Source: Pristiophorus japonicus (taxonomy: Eukaryota). Taken from it: a DNA stretch of 64,000 bases. Positions 1 to 11,000 of this stretch are shown piece after piece; within the stretch, counting starts at the first letter, position 1, and every line of letters starts with the position of its first letter. The stretch is from assembly GCF_044704955.1 (NCBI RefSeq), contig NC_091988.1, forward strand, positions 84,692,001 through 84,756,000. The letters run 5' to 3'. The position numbers were made by a program, and so were the translations under genes. The notes beneath the pieces were generated by a model. It saw only the letters and a list, made by a program, of their open reading frames with translations, did no database searches and was not told where the DNA came from.

Positions 1-300
1 TATCCAGTCTGTCCAACCCATCATAATTTTATACATTTCAATGAGATCTCCTCATTCTGCTAAACTCAATAAATGCAGGCCTCGTTGACTGATTTCTCTC
101 CTCATACAACAGTCCTGCCATCCCAAGGAATCAGTCTGATGACCCTTTGCTGCACTGTCTCTATGGAAAGTATAACCTTTTAGTACGTTAAATCTATCAT
201 CTGGTGATTGACCTTTCTGCTAGAAAGTGTTCTCCTCCCCATTCCTTATGAAAACCTTCATTTTTTTTGAAAGTCTCTATTAAATCTCCCCTTCACAACT
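1..300 (-). mobile_element. Old CR1 3' fragments (antisense)
   Basis: Reverse-complement of the CR1 3' ORF2/UTR (GGAATCAGTCTG..GACCCTTTGCTGCAC). Longer versions at ~12420-13000, ~22245-22830, ~38010-38600, ~50990-51550. Confidence 0.65.
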
Positions 301-599
301 TTTCAAATAAATAAATCTCCACTCCTCTGGATTAAATATTGTGCCTTTTTAAATGGATGTAAGTAATAAGGAGCTGCTGCCATCTTTCTACAGAAAGTAG
401 ATGGGGTTACAGACACCCAGCATTCAGTCAGCCAGGAAGTTGTGTGAGCAGGTTCTAGTCTCCCTCCAGTGCCAAGGGAATAGACCAAAGCAGCATCTCC
501 TTAATTGGCCACTGCAGATAGGTATGTTTTAGACTCCACATACTGTAACTTCACTAAATGTGTTCCACATTTAATATTCCTTAATGGTTAGTTGTAATT

Positions 600-2840
600 G
601 TCTTTTTTTTAAATAAGTTTCGACAGGTACATTAAAAAGGACAAGAATAGTTAAAGTAAATGTTGGTCCCCTAGAGAATGAGACTGGGGAACAGGGAAAT
701 GGCAGACATTGAACAAATATTTTGTATTCTTCATGTTCGACAAAAAAAAAAAATCCAATAGTGGATAATCAAGGGACTATAGGATGGCAGAACAAGCTCT
801 AAAGAAGTGGTACTCAGTAAAATGATGGGATTAAATGTGGACAAGTCCCCTGCCCCTGATGGCTAACATCTGAGGGTTTTAAAAGAAGTGGCTCCAGAGA
901 TAGTGGATGGATTGTTGTGATCTACCAAAATTCCCTGGATTCTAGGGCAGTCCCAGCAGATTGGAAAACCGCAAATATAACTGCCCCTCATTATTTTTTT
1001 TTTTTAAAATGAGGCAGTAAACTATAGACCAGTTAGCCTAATATGTAATTGGGGAAAATGCTGGAGTCTATTAAGGAAGCAGTAACGAGACATTTGGAAA
1101 AGCATAACTTTATGAAGGGGAAATCATGTTTGACAAATTTGCTGGTGTTTTGGTGAGGATGTAACAAGGTGGGTGAATAAGGGGGTACCAGTGGATGCGA
1201 TGTATTTGCCTTCTGGAAATCTAAATAAGGTGCCATATTCATCACAAGCAGTCCCTCAAAACTAGGATGACTTCTTCCATGCCAAAAAAGGATGAGTTCA
1301 CAGGTGTTTCAATGAAGGATCCTGAACAGTGGAAGATACCAGTACATGGATTTTATTAAACGTTGGTGTCCGTTACACACCAGCCACCACACGGGCTTGA
1401 CAGCTAGGTCTTGGTCCAGTGGCAAGGGTTATCCAAGACGACTGGAGACCTGCTCTGCTGCACTGGTCTAGTGCGCGCACACATCGCAGTGTGGGCTGGC
1501 CGGTGCTGCCCCTGGCCCCGAACTCTCCTCTCCTGGGCCCCGATCACATCCCTCCAGTCTCTTGCCACTCCTGCTGTATTGCCCATGCTCCAATCACCGA
1601 CCTGGACATTTATGTCACTGGTCACCATCCAGCACCTGATGGTCTCCCTGCAGTAAGCTGGCTGCTGCGCATGCTCCCTGCCCCACAGCGGGACAATGGA
1701 AAGTGGTGTGACATCGAGGAAGCCCCGCCCCATTGCTCCCTGAGGCGGGTGGACTTGTGCAGACCAAAGATGGCGCCCGAACTCACTGCAACCCCCGACA
1801 GTAACAAAGGCCCGTCCATGCCCGAAGGTGCCCCGCAGCCACTGCCGCTGACTGTGGCCAAATTCCCCCCCCCCCCCACCTTCCTGCACATGTACTTGAG
1901 TGCAAGTCTGCAGGGAGGTTGTGCGCTGCCCAGGCCACACCTCCATCCTCCGTGGTGGCTACAAAACTTGCCCATCCACCAGTAATCTCCCACGTAGAAG
2001 GTTACTGCACAAGATAAAAGTTCATGGGGTTGGGGGTAATATATTAGCATGGGTAAAGGATTGGCTAACAGAAGAGTTGGGATAAATGGGTAATTTTCCA
2101 GTTGGCAAACAGTAACTAGTGGAGTGCTGCAGGGATTGGTGCTGGGTCCTCCACTATTTACAATCCATTAATGATTTGGATGAAGGGACTGAGTGCAATG
2201 TAGCCAAGTTTGCTGCTGATACAAAGATGGGTGGGAAAGTAAATTTAAGAGGAGGATACAAAATCTAGAAAGGGATATAAACAGGCTAAGTGGGCAAAAA
2301 TTTAGCAGCTGGAGTATAATATGGGAAAATGTGAGGTTATCTATTTTGGCAGCAATAATTGAGAAGCAAATTATAATTTAAATGAAGAAAAAGTGCTGCA
2401 GTACAGAGGGACTAGGTCGGAGGGGTGGTCTTTGTGCAAGAAACAGTTAGAATGCAGGTACAGCAAGTAATCAGGAAGGTAAATGGAATGTTGGCCTTTA
2501 TTGCAAGGGGGATAGAGTATAAAAGCAGGGAAGTCCTCTTACAACTATACAGGGTATTGAGGCCATACCTGGAATACTGCATACAGTTTTGGTCTCTGTA
2601 TTTAAGGAAGGATATACTTGCATTGGAGGCTGTTCAGAGAAAGTTCACTTGGTTGCTTCTGGAGCTAAGGAGGTTGACTTATGAAGGTAGGGTGGGCCTA
2701 TATCATTGGTGTTCAGAAGAATGAGAGATGATATTGAATCATAAGATAATGAGGGAGCTTGACAAGGTGGATGCAGAGAGGATATTTCCACTCATGGGGG
2801 ACATAGTTTTAAATGGGCGGCCCCTTATTCTGAGACTGAG
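600..2840 (+). mobile_element. Old degenerate CR1 LINE ORF2 remnant, interrupted by an RTE-type insert
   Basis: Fragments KSPxPDG, MKGKSCLTNLL, LLHKIKVHG, KANGMLAFIARGIEYKSREVLLQLY. Counterparts at ~13270-14800, ~23110-24640, ~38900-41118, ~51860-53400. Confidence 0.8.
1238..1988 (-). mobile_element. RTE-related non-autonomous retroelement inserted in the CR1
   Basis: Starts with a reversed RTE-like 3' end (TTCATCACAAGCAGTCCCTC...GGATGACTTCTTCCA) and separates contiguous CR1 sequence AAGGTGCCA|CACGTAGAAGGTTACTGCAC. Also at ~39519-40266; partial in B/C units. Confidence 0.5.
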
Positions 2841-2941
2841 TACTCAACTAGTGTTGGCCTGGATTTTGTGCTGCAGTCTCTGGAGTGGGATTTGAATACA
2901 TGATCTTCTGACCTCGGGTAGGGGGTCTACCCACTAAAGCA
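2841..2941 (-). mobile_element. tRNA-derived SINE head (antisense)
   Basis: The reverse strand has a B-box-like motif (GTATTCAAATCCCACTCCAGAGAC). Longer copies with part of the Deu-like core at ~14960-15205, ~24795-25040, ~53575-53820. Confidence 0.55.
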
Positions 2942-3254
2942 AATTCCATGTCTGATCTCCTTGGTACTAAACATTTTTAAAGACACTGACTCTTGTGGTA
3001 CTCAGGCCAACAGAGCAGAAAATCCCAGATTTGATGCTTGGTCTGCTCAGTGTTTGCCAATCTCAGCAAGTGGAACAGAGTTGGCCTCTGACCCGTGGCT
3101 AGTGAGGAGGCAAGTTAGCTGAAGATTCTTGCTCCTGATCACCATCTGGACACCCTGTCTGGAAAGTGCAGTTGTGAGGAGTGGATTCAAATTTATGATG
3201 CTGTTTTCCAATTTCCCCCACCCCCCCAACACTCCATCTCCCAGCTCCACCCAG

Positions 3255-3639
3255 GGGCTGGAATCAGTGTAAAACTCCCCGCGGGCTGTATTTGTAAACT
3301 TTTTATATATGTAAAGCATCATGATCTGAAAACATCGATGTAGCGTCATGTATAATGCAAGTTCTGTTTAGTAATGTATGTTGCAAAGAAATCTAACTAA
3401 CCTCACCCATTCCATGTACTGTATAGTGCCATATGTAATGTAATTTAATGACTGTATTACAATGTATCCTGAATTGTACCTCTGAAATGTAAAGCAAGCA
3501 ACTGCGTTGAACGGAACTGCCGTCAGTATCTAAATGTATTGTATGGAATTGCTGACCACATCTAAATGTACTGAACGGCTTTCCAATGTATTTTGTAAAT
3601 TTTATATTCATGAAGTATATTGTGAAATTAAAAAAAAAA
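3255..3639 (+). mobile_element. Poly(A)-tailed LINE 3' UTR remnant (L1/Tx1-like)
   Basis: TGTA-rich tract ending ...AAGTATATTGTGAAATTAAAAAAAAAA; present in every unit. The family assignment rests on resemblance only. Confidence 0.45.
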
Positions 3640-4218
3640 CTCCACTTCTAGTCCCACTACACTCAAATAGAGTGAAAATACTCATTGGCTGGGCTCACAT
3701 GACCAGCAGCCAATCAAGGTGAGGAATCTCTACGAATCAAAGCCTTCAGGCAAGGAGAACATTGGAGTGGGGAACAAAAAGACCCAAACTAAAAACAAAC
3801 TGAACTTTCTCCTTTTGGCTTCTGGGATTCAAGGTATGAATTTGACCAAGCCTGATGAAATGGAAGACACAAAACTCTCTTTCTCCCATTCTTTTTTACT
3901 CCCTGCTGCCTTTAATGGCCTTGGCTGAAATAAGTTTTAGGATAATCTCCACTCTTCCCACCCCAGACCCCACAGCACAAAACTAACTCACAATCAGGTG
4001 CTTAAAAATGGTCGGTCTCTCTCCCAGCTCTCAAGGAGTGTCTAGTGTGAGATGGGGTAATGCTACACTGGTGTAGGGGTTCTTGACCATGTCTGCTCGG
4101 TGTTAATGTTCATTGTTGGGGTCAGAATTTCTCTCCCAAATCTCCACCCAATAATGTGAAATGTCTGGGAATCTGGTATGAAAATGACATTGTGGGGAAA
4201 ACGGGCCAGCCCTGGATA

Positions 4219-4561
4219 TAGGGTTGCCAACGCTCCAGGATTACCCTGGAGTCTCCACAAAATAAAGATTAAATCTCCAGGACACTGTCGGTGAGCAGAA
4301 AAATCACAGGAGCATTAAAATAAATTGTCTTTTTCATTTTCTCTGAGCACGTCTGTTTATTGATGATAAAAATATTGGAGAAAGGATAAAATGGTTGTCT
4401 GACTGGGAGTCAAGAATCACCTGAGTGGGTAAGGAAGCGAGTCCGCTCTCCAATCAGGGTGGGAAGGTGGGGTGCCCTCAGGATGAACGTGTTGGTGGAA
4501 GGGTTGGAGGTCATGTGATGAAACCTCCAGGAATATGTCCAAAGAGGAGTTGGCCACTCCG
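4219..4561. mobile_element. hAT-like MITE
   Basis: TIR TAGGGTTGCCAAC ... GTTGGCCACTCCG; 8-bp TSD CCTGGATA (4211-4218) / CCTGGGTA (4562-4569). Also at 16439-16779, ~26275-26595 (left TIR deleted) and 42475-42817. Confidence 0.65.
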
Positions 4562-4737
4562 CCTGGGTATCGGAACACTCTGCCTGGGTTACCGCCTCCG
4601 CATCTTATCCATTCATAGAGTAGTTTTACATATTACACGAAGCAATCTCTCCTGGTGTTGTCCATGGGAAGGACAGGATCTCTTTCTTGATCGCTATAGG
4701 GGCCCTGTGGAAGATTATACACAATAAAGGCCCAACA

Positions 4738-5021
4738 GGTCACCCATGGCTCAATGGGTAACATGTTCCCTTCTGAGTCAGAAGGTCATGGGTTCATGTC
4801 CCACTCCAGGGAGTTGAGCAGGTAATCCAGGCCAACACTTCCAGTGCAGTACTGAGAGAATGCTGCACTGTCGGAGGTGCCGTCTTACGGATAAGACGTT
4901 AAACTAAGACACTGCCTGTAATTCTGACATTACAACAGTGACCACACTTGAAAAATACTGAATTGACTGTAAAGTGCTTTTGGATAATCCGTGGTTGTGA
5001 AATGTGCTATATAGACACAAG
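4738..5021 (+). mobile_element. tRNA-derived Deu-domain SINE (AmnSINE1/SacSINE1-like)
   Basis: A box TGGCTCAATGG; B box GGTTCATGTCCC; Deu core GCAGTACTGAG..TGCTGCACTGTCGGAGGTGCCGTCTT.CGGAT; L2-like tail GTAAAGTGCTTTTGG..GTGAAATGTGCTATATAGA. Also at ~16956-17239, ~26772-27055, ~42994-43277; tail only at 59288-59377. Confidence 0.75.
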
Positions 5022-5617
5022 GGGCGAGATCTTCGGCTTTCCGTTTTCAGGGCGAAAACAGAGGCGAGGCAGGAAATTTACTGCCCAATTAACGTTAGCG
5101 ATTAATTGCTTAACTTTCAACATGAGGTGGAGTGCAAAGGGAGGCGTTGAACTACTTTTGCAGCGCAAAAACAGGAACCTCGCCAACTTTAGTGCGGGGC
5201 CAGGAGCGCTCAGAGAGAGGCCTTGGGAGGGAAAAAAACATCAAAAAATCATTAAAGAAACATTGACAACACCCTTACCTCACAAATTGCTGCAAAAATT
5301 AAAACATAAAAAATTTTAACTTACCTTTTTTCCAGTTTATCCAACTCACCACCGCCGACAGGGCTGTGTTTTCCCTGGTGGTCATCGTGGGGCGCGTTTC
5401 GCGGCGTACGGGTCGAGTGAGACTCGAAACTCGCAGCGGTGTCACAATGTGAGCCGGTGCACACCTGGCGCAGCTCTCCCCGGTGTTTCTAAGCGCCACC
5501 GCAAAAAACGAATCGAGGATCGCGGCAGGGTGAAAAACAGCTGACCGACAGATTTTTCGCCGCGGAGGGTCAAAACCCGGCAAAAACCCGGTCGCAAATG
5601 ACCCCAAAATCCAGCCC
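5022..5617. mobile_element. CpG-rich PIF/Harbinger-like MITE inserted in the SINE tail
   Basis: Imperfect TIRs GGGC(G/T)AGATCTTCGG ... CCCAAAATCCAGCCC; 3-bp TSD AAG (5019-5021 / 5618-5620). Also at 17240-17853, 27056-27669, 43278-43873, 59378-59974. Confidence 0.65.
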
Positions 5618-7094
5618 AAGTTCGTTCTTTCTTTTCACTGGGTGTACAAATGGATTGTCCATTTTACCGTAGTAAAACCACACTAAAACATGACGCATCG
5701 GGACACTTCCTCCAATGGGGCCGCGCCACACTACCTGAGCACAGCTTCTGCCGAAACCAAACCACAAGTTCCTGAGGCGGCGGTTAATCCCCCCAATAAA
5801 CCACAGCCAGCTTCCTCCACATCTTCCTGCCAAGGTCATGAACAACACAGCACAGCACTCCATAAACCAATTAATCAGCAAGGCCAGGAATTATAGCAGG
5901 GCATTGACTGACTTTCTCACCCATCCATTACCGAGAGACACTAAGGCAAATTGATCAGCACCATCGCCAAGATTAGTAAGATCTGGACAAGTTCAGAAGT
6001 TAAATGTGGTGTCTGCTTGCCTGTCTGGTTCATTTCCATCCTGTCCATCCTGAGTGAGCCATTGGGTCATAGATCAGGAGCTGGGATTCCAGGGCTGAGA
6101 CTAAGGAGTGGGCAAGGGATGGTTGGAGAGGGGGAGGAGGGCACGGGGAGATCCCAGAGTAATAGAAGGGGGTTGGGGGCAGGGGCCAGCTGGTTTGGCA
6201 GGGTTCGGACAGGGAGTGGGGAGCAGTGCGAGTGGTGAGGTGCTGGGGCATATCGTGGGCAATTGAAGGGGAAAGGTGCGGGAATGAGGATGGGGAGGGG
6301 GTGGGCTGGGTGGGGCTAGGATGTAGGTAACAGATGTTGGGGTGAAGGAACTGTGGATGGGATGGGGTCAGTAGCCGGCAGCATCAGTGGGGGGAGGGGG
6401 CAGGGGATAGTTAGCAGGGTGCTGGAATTGGGGATGGGGGTGAGTTCAGGAGCCAGGAGTGGGTGCGGAGGGAAGCTCAATTGGCAAAAGAATTTTCAAT
6501 GATAATCGAGAGAGAAGGAGACTTCAGTAATAACTTGACCTCTGACCCAGGGCCTGGCGAAGGCCCAGACTGAGTGCAGCCCACGGGTTGCGAGGGGTCA
6601 CTCAGCCTTCCTGTCTCTCCTCCACAGTCTTGTCCATGCTCAGGTGGCCCTGGAGAGGGAGCATGCGGTGCCCATAGGTACACTCGAGTCCTCCTGCAAT
6701 CGATGGGTACCGCAGGGAAAGGAAAGTCTTATCGACACGAGTAATAATATTGTGATTTACATTATGAGTTTATTTTAGTTTAATAGGTGATGATGTTTAA
6801 TTATATTAGTGGTACTGCCTCAGTTTGAGGGGCACTTATGCAGTTGCCTCTCTGTTGGTGGAACTGGGCAATCCAGTGTTACTTCTATTGATTTATTAAA
6901 ATAAACCAAGACTTGACCAATTCTCTACATGCAATCAGCTATTGGACCTCAACAGGTCACTACAGACTGCATCAGGCTGTAGGCGCGTTATCCTGTTTAG
7001 ATCTGAATCCAATCTCACTCTAAACAAGTCTCCAATCGTTTTCGGGTCTTGCACCAAAAGGATTATAAAAGAGCCCATATACAGCTTTAAAACC

Positions 7095-7640
7095 AACAAC
7101 AACCTGCACTTATGTAGCACCTTTAACATCGTAAGATGACCCAAGGTGCTTCACAGGAAAGTTATCAAACACAATTTGACACTGAGTCACAAGTGGAGAT
7201 ATTAGAACAGGTGATCAAAAACATGTCAAATAGATAGGTCTTAAAGAGCGTCTTACAGGAGGACAAAAGCAAAATACTCCAGGTGCTGGAAATTTGAAAT
7301 AAAAATCGAAAATTTTGGAAATACTCAGCAGGTCAGGCAGCATCTTGGAGATAGAAACACAGTTAACGTTTCAGGTCGATGAACTTTCGTCAGAATTTAA
7401 TGTCGATGACCTTTCATCAGCGTCTGAAAGGAGGAGAGAGGCAGAGAGGAGGAGAGGCTCAGGGAGGATATCCCAGAGCTGAGGGCAAAGGCAGCTGAAA
7501 GCACAGCCAGCAATGGTGGAGCAATCGAAATCAGGGAGACGCAAGAGTCCACAATTGGAGGAGCGCAGAGATCTCGGAGCGTTGCAGGGTTGGAGGAGCC
7601 GAGGCAGGGGCGGAGTCGGGCAGTGGTACGGAGATGGAAA
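7095..7640 (-). mobile_element. L2-type LINE 3' fragment (antisense) containing a Penelope-like insert
   Basis: AACAACAACCTGCACTTATGTAGCACCTTTAAC is a reversed L2-type tail. Also at ~29200-29745, ~45348-45895, ~61493-62030. Confidence 0.6.
7264..7418 (-). mobile_element. Penelope-like terminal fragment with a hammerhead-ribozyme-like motif
   Basis: Flanked by a ~17-bp TSD AGCGTCTTACAGGAGGA (7247-7263) / AGCGTCTGAAAGGAGGA (7419-7435). The minus strand reads CTGACGA-AAGTTCATCGACCT-GAAACGTTAAC. Confidence 0.55.
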
Positions 7641-7918
7641 TAGACTTCTTTCAGTTCAACATTATCAAAGCTCTTAATAAAATATAGCTCTGTATTTATC
7701 TGAAGTTGTAAAGTTTGATTAAATTTACATAGTTTGAATAGAATGTATGTTCTTTAGGTGTCTGTGTATGTTTCTTTCATTATATTCTGTTTCAGTAAAT
7801 CTTCAGTACATCAAAAAACAAAAGCTGAACTTGTCTTGTTCCCATAGACCCAGATAGTCTCCAGCCTGGAGCATCTCCCGATCACTGACCCAGTCTGTGT
7901 GAAAAACTTTCTGGAAAC

Positions 7919-8012
7919 AACCAATTAGTAAGATTGTTGGATAGGCTATTGGTTTAGTTTAGCCACACCTGCTCCAATTGTTTTCAGGTGATGGCAGGCT
8001 GTGTGTATAAAA
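7919..8012 (+). promoter_or_regulatory. ZP3 copy 1 proximal promoter: CCAAT pair, three E-boxes, TATA box
   Basis: CCAAT 7921-7925, ATTGG 7948-7952, CACCTG 7966-7971, CAATTG 7975-7980, CAGGTG 7985-7990, TATAAAA 8006-8012 (59 nt before ATG). Confidence 0.75.
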
Positions 8013-8064
8013 GGGGATCAGGGGACTCCCCACAGAGCACAGTTGAGCTGTAGTAGTTTGTATT

Positions 8065-11000
8065 ATGGGGCAACTAGTGAAGGGTTTGGGGCCTCTGTTG
8101 ATTTTGATTGGAGCTGTTTGTTGCTCTGATACTAGGCAGCGGTTTAGAAACTGGGACTTCCCATGGAGCATTGACAAGGCCACTCGTGTCCCTCCTGGCC
8201 CAGCTTTTGATTCCAGTTTTAGTAAGTCTGAGGGGCGAAGTATGTCTCCACTGCAGACTGTGATGGTGCAGTGTGGAGAGCAGAACCTGCTGGTCAGAGT
8301 ACAGATGGATTTATTTGGAACCAGGCACCTGATTAAAGCAGCTGATCTGACCCTGGGGTCAACAGGTTGTCGGCCAACTGGGGTCTACTCTCAGAACCAC
8401 ACCGTCCTATTTCATTATGGGCTCCATGAATGTGACAGCACAGTGAAGGTAATGTGATTCTTGATCTAAAACCTTCTGCAAACAATGGGCCCCTGGGAGG
8501 AGGAACACTGGCATAGATTAGTTGGCCTGAATGGACTATTTGTGCTGAACATTCTATGAAATATTTGGACCTGGTAACAATATGATTTTAATGTAAGCTT
8601 TCATTTTGATTGGACTTCATGTTCAGAATATTTTAGAGGCTTGTTTAAATGAGATTCTCATTGAGGTTTCTTTCCCTGATTCAACCTTTTATTGATTGAA
8701 TCAAAACTGGGCATCTGGACTGAAGTACAAGGTTGAGACTGCCTTGAGCAATGTAATAGTGGAGGGTGAGATGAAGGGTTGCAGCTACATGAGTGACTTT
8801 TTTTTTGCTGTACATTTGGTGGTTTAGTCTTGATTTTCTGAGATTGGTTGGGACACAGTTGGAGTTCCATGCTGTTTTTGACTTGTAGAAAGAATCATGG
8901 GAACTGATTACTAAATATTCAAGTGTTCTTTATGCAAAAATGCTTGGAAAGATTGAGGCATTTTTCATCAAATTGAGGTGCCTCTAGAGTAAAGGCAGAA
9001 CATGCTTATGGTGAAATTGTACTGAGGAAACCTAGACTGAAGACAATCCTTTGAAGGGATTCTTAGGATTGTTGACATTTTAGAATGTTATGTCTTGAAT
9101 AGTCAGACTAGATACTGCAAGCTCAAAGTAAGATGTGACCATAGTCCTTTTATTACAGATCACAGTGCCTCTCCAGCCTGTGAGACCTCCTTTTTTTATA
9201 ATATATAATATTGCTCCCACGGCATTGTGGGGTCCCTTGGGACTCCAGGGGATAAGTCCTCTGGTGGTTAGACATGTTTACATACATCACAGACTGCATC
9301 ACCATAAGTGACCATAAAGTACTGAGACCCAATGGAGCAGTTATCCCTATTTCTGTCTTCCATCCCTAAACCCCTCTGCCTCTACCACTCCATCTGTTTA
9401 TGGCACTTATTAAAACTTTGTTTGTGGCCAAACCTTTGGTCAAATATCTTTCATTGATTTGGTGCCAAACTTTTTTTTCTGAACCTCCCTGTGAAGTGCC
9501 TTAATGTTTTACTATGTCAAGTGAGTTTTATATAAATGCACAAGTGGATGATTGTGGGTCACTTCCCTGCAGAGGCCTACAATATCTCTTCAAATGGATT
9601 TGGATAGGGCTGGGACTCTAATTAATAGAAGTATGAAGGGCTGTGTGTTTCTCTAAACACTGCTCTCTTGTCCAAGAATGACTCCCTTGTTCTGTACCTG
9701 ACCCTGACCAGATCACATTTTCTCTCCCAGATGACGGATGACCTGCTGATTTACACCAGCCACCTGTACTACAGGCCAAGCCGTATTGGAGGAGTCATTG
9801 TGAGAACCAGTGGAGCAGTTGTCCCTATTGTGTGCCATTATCCCAGGTAAGGTGGATGATTGACAGGCTCTCCTTTCCTCTGATGGGGTTGTGAATTGGA
9901 AGTAAAACTGGCCTTTCTTCTTCCCACAGGAAGAGGACAGTGAGCAGCAATGCGATCAAGCCCACCTGGGTCCCCTTCTCCTCCACCAAGGCCGGAGAGG
10001 GACATCTGTCATTCTCCCTGCGTCTGATGACTGGTAAGTGATTGTCAATGATCTACCATGCATGTTTTACCCATTCCTTGGAATCAAGTGAGGAACTCAA
10101 AGCTTGTGTTCCTGCTCTCATTCCCTTTCCCTTTCCAGCTAACTGGAGTGCAGAGCGTACCTCCAATATCTACCACCTGGGTGACCTCATTAACATCGAG
10201 GCCTCTGTGATGACCGTGAACCACATGCCTCTGAAGCTCTATATTGACTGCTGTATAGCTACACTGAGCCCAGACCAGGACTCCACCCCCAGATACAACA
10301 TCATTGCCTTCAACGGGTAAGGTCTTTATCTGGGCTGCATATGTCACATACATAACTGTTTGGCGGAGGGAATCCATTCTTAATGATGCAGCTCTTTCTG
10401 ACCCTCTTTCCAGTTGCCTGTTGGACAGCCGAGACGAAGACTCCTTTTCGTCCTTCGTGTCACCGCGAGATCACCTGGATAAGCTTCAGTTCAAGCTGGA
10501 TGCATTCCGCTTCTTTGAGGATGACAGGGACTTGGTAAGAGGAGACCAGATGTTGAGACAGTGAGCGTTTGACACTGAGTAACTCCTGCATGTGTCTCCT
10601 GCAGATCTTCTTCACTTGCCACCTGAAAGTAGCTGCAGCAGATCAAAGGCCAGATTCAGTCAACAAAGCTTGTTCCTTCCAGAAGCCAGCCAACCGGTGA
10701 GTGAAATCTAACCAACAATGGTGATCCTCTTTGGTCAGAATGCATCCATATGCCAATGGTGTGCTTCCTTGTTTGTTTAGATGGTCCCTGGTGACTGAAT
10801 TGGACCTGTCCATGGTGGAAGGATCCACTGAGGTTTGTGCCTGTTGTGATGGGGGCAACTGCAGAGCCTCGAGATTGCGATCTGGAGGAAGACTTCACTC
10901 CAGGGGCAGGAGAGAGGTCCTATCTGAGCTGGGTATGTTGTGGTGGTATTGGGTGTTGGGACTATTGTTTGATGTTTGTTTGTAACTGGATGGAATGAAT

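Noticed and set aside
303-488. ORF MVYSLGTGGRLEP... recurring in all five units
   Set aside because: Recurrence is explained by the tandem duplication. There is no recognisable domain, and the apparent + strand AG..GT exon has stops in all three frames.
1404-2050. Overlapping 140-190 aa ORFs
   Set aside because: GC-rich retroelement remnant; frames are not preserved in the near-identical unit 4.
4745-4810. tRNA-like A/B boxes
   Set aside because: SINE head followed by the Deu core; no full cloverleaf, so not a tRNA gene.
4948-5896. Several 70-120 aa ORFs on both strands
   Set aside because: They overlap the SINE tail and GC-rich MITE, and indels change frames between copies.
6935-7144. Paired sense/antisense ~65-69 aa ORFs kept in four units
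   Set aside because: Non-ATG starts, overlap with an L2 tail, no known motif; conservation is attributable to recent duplication.
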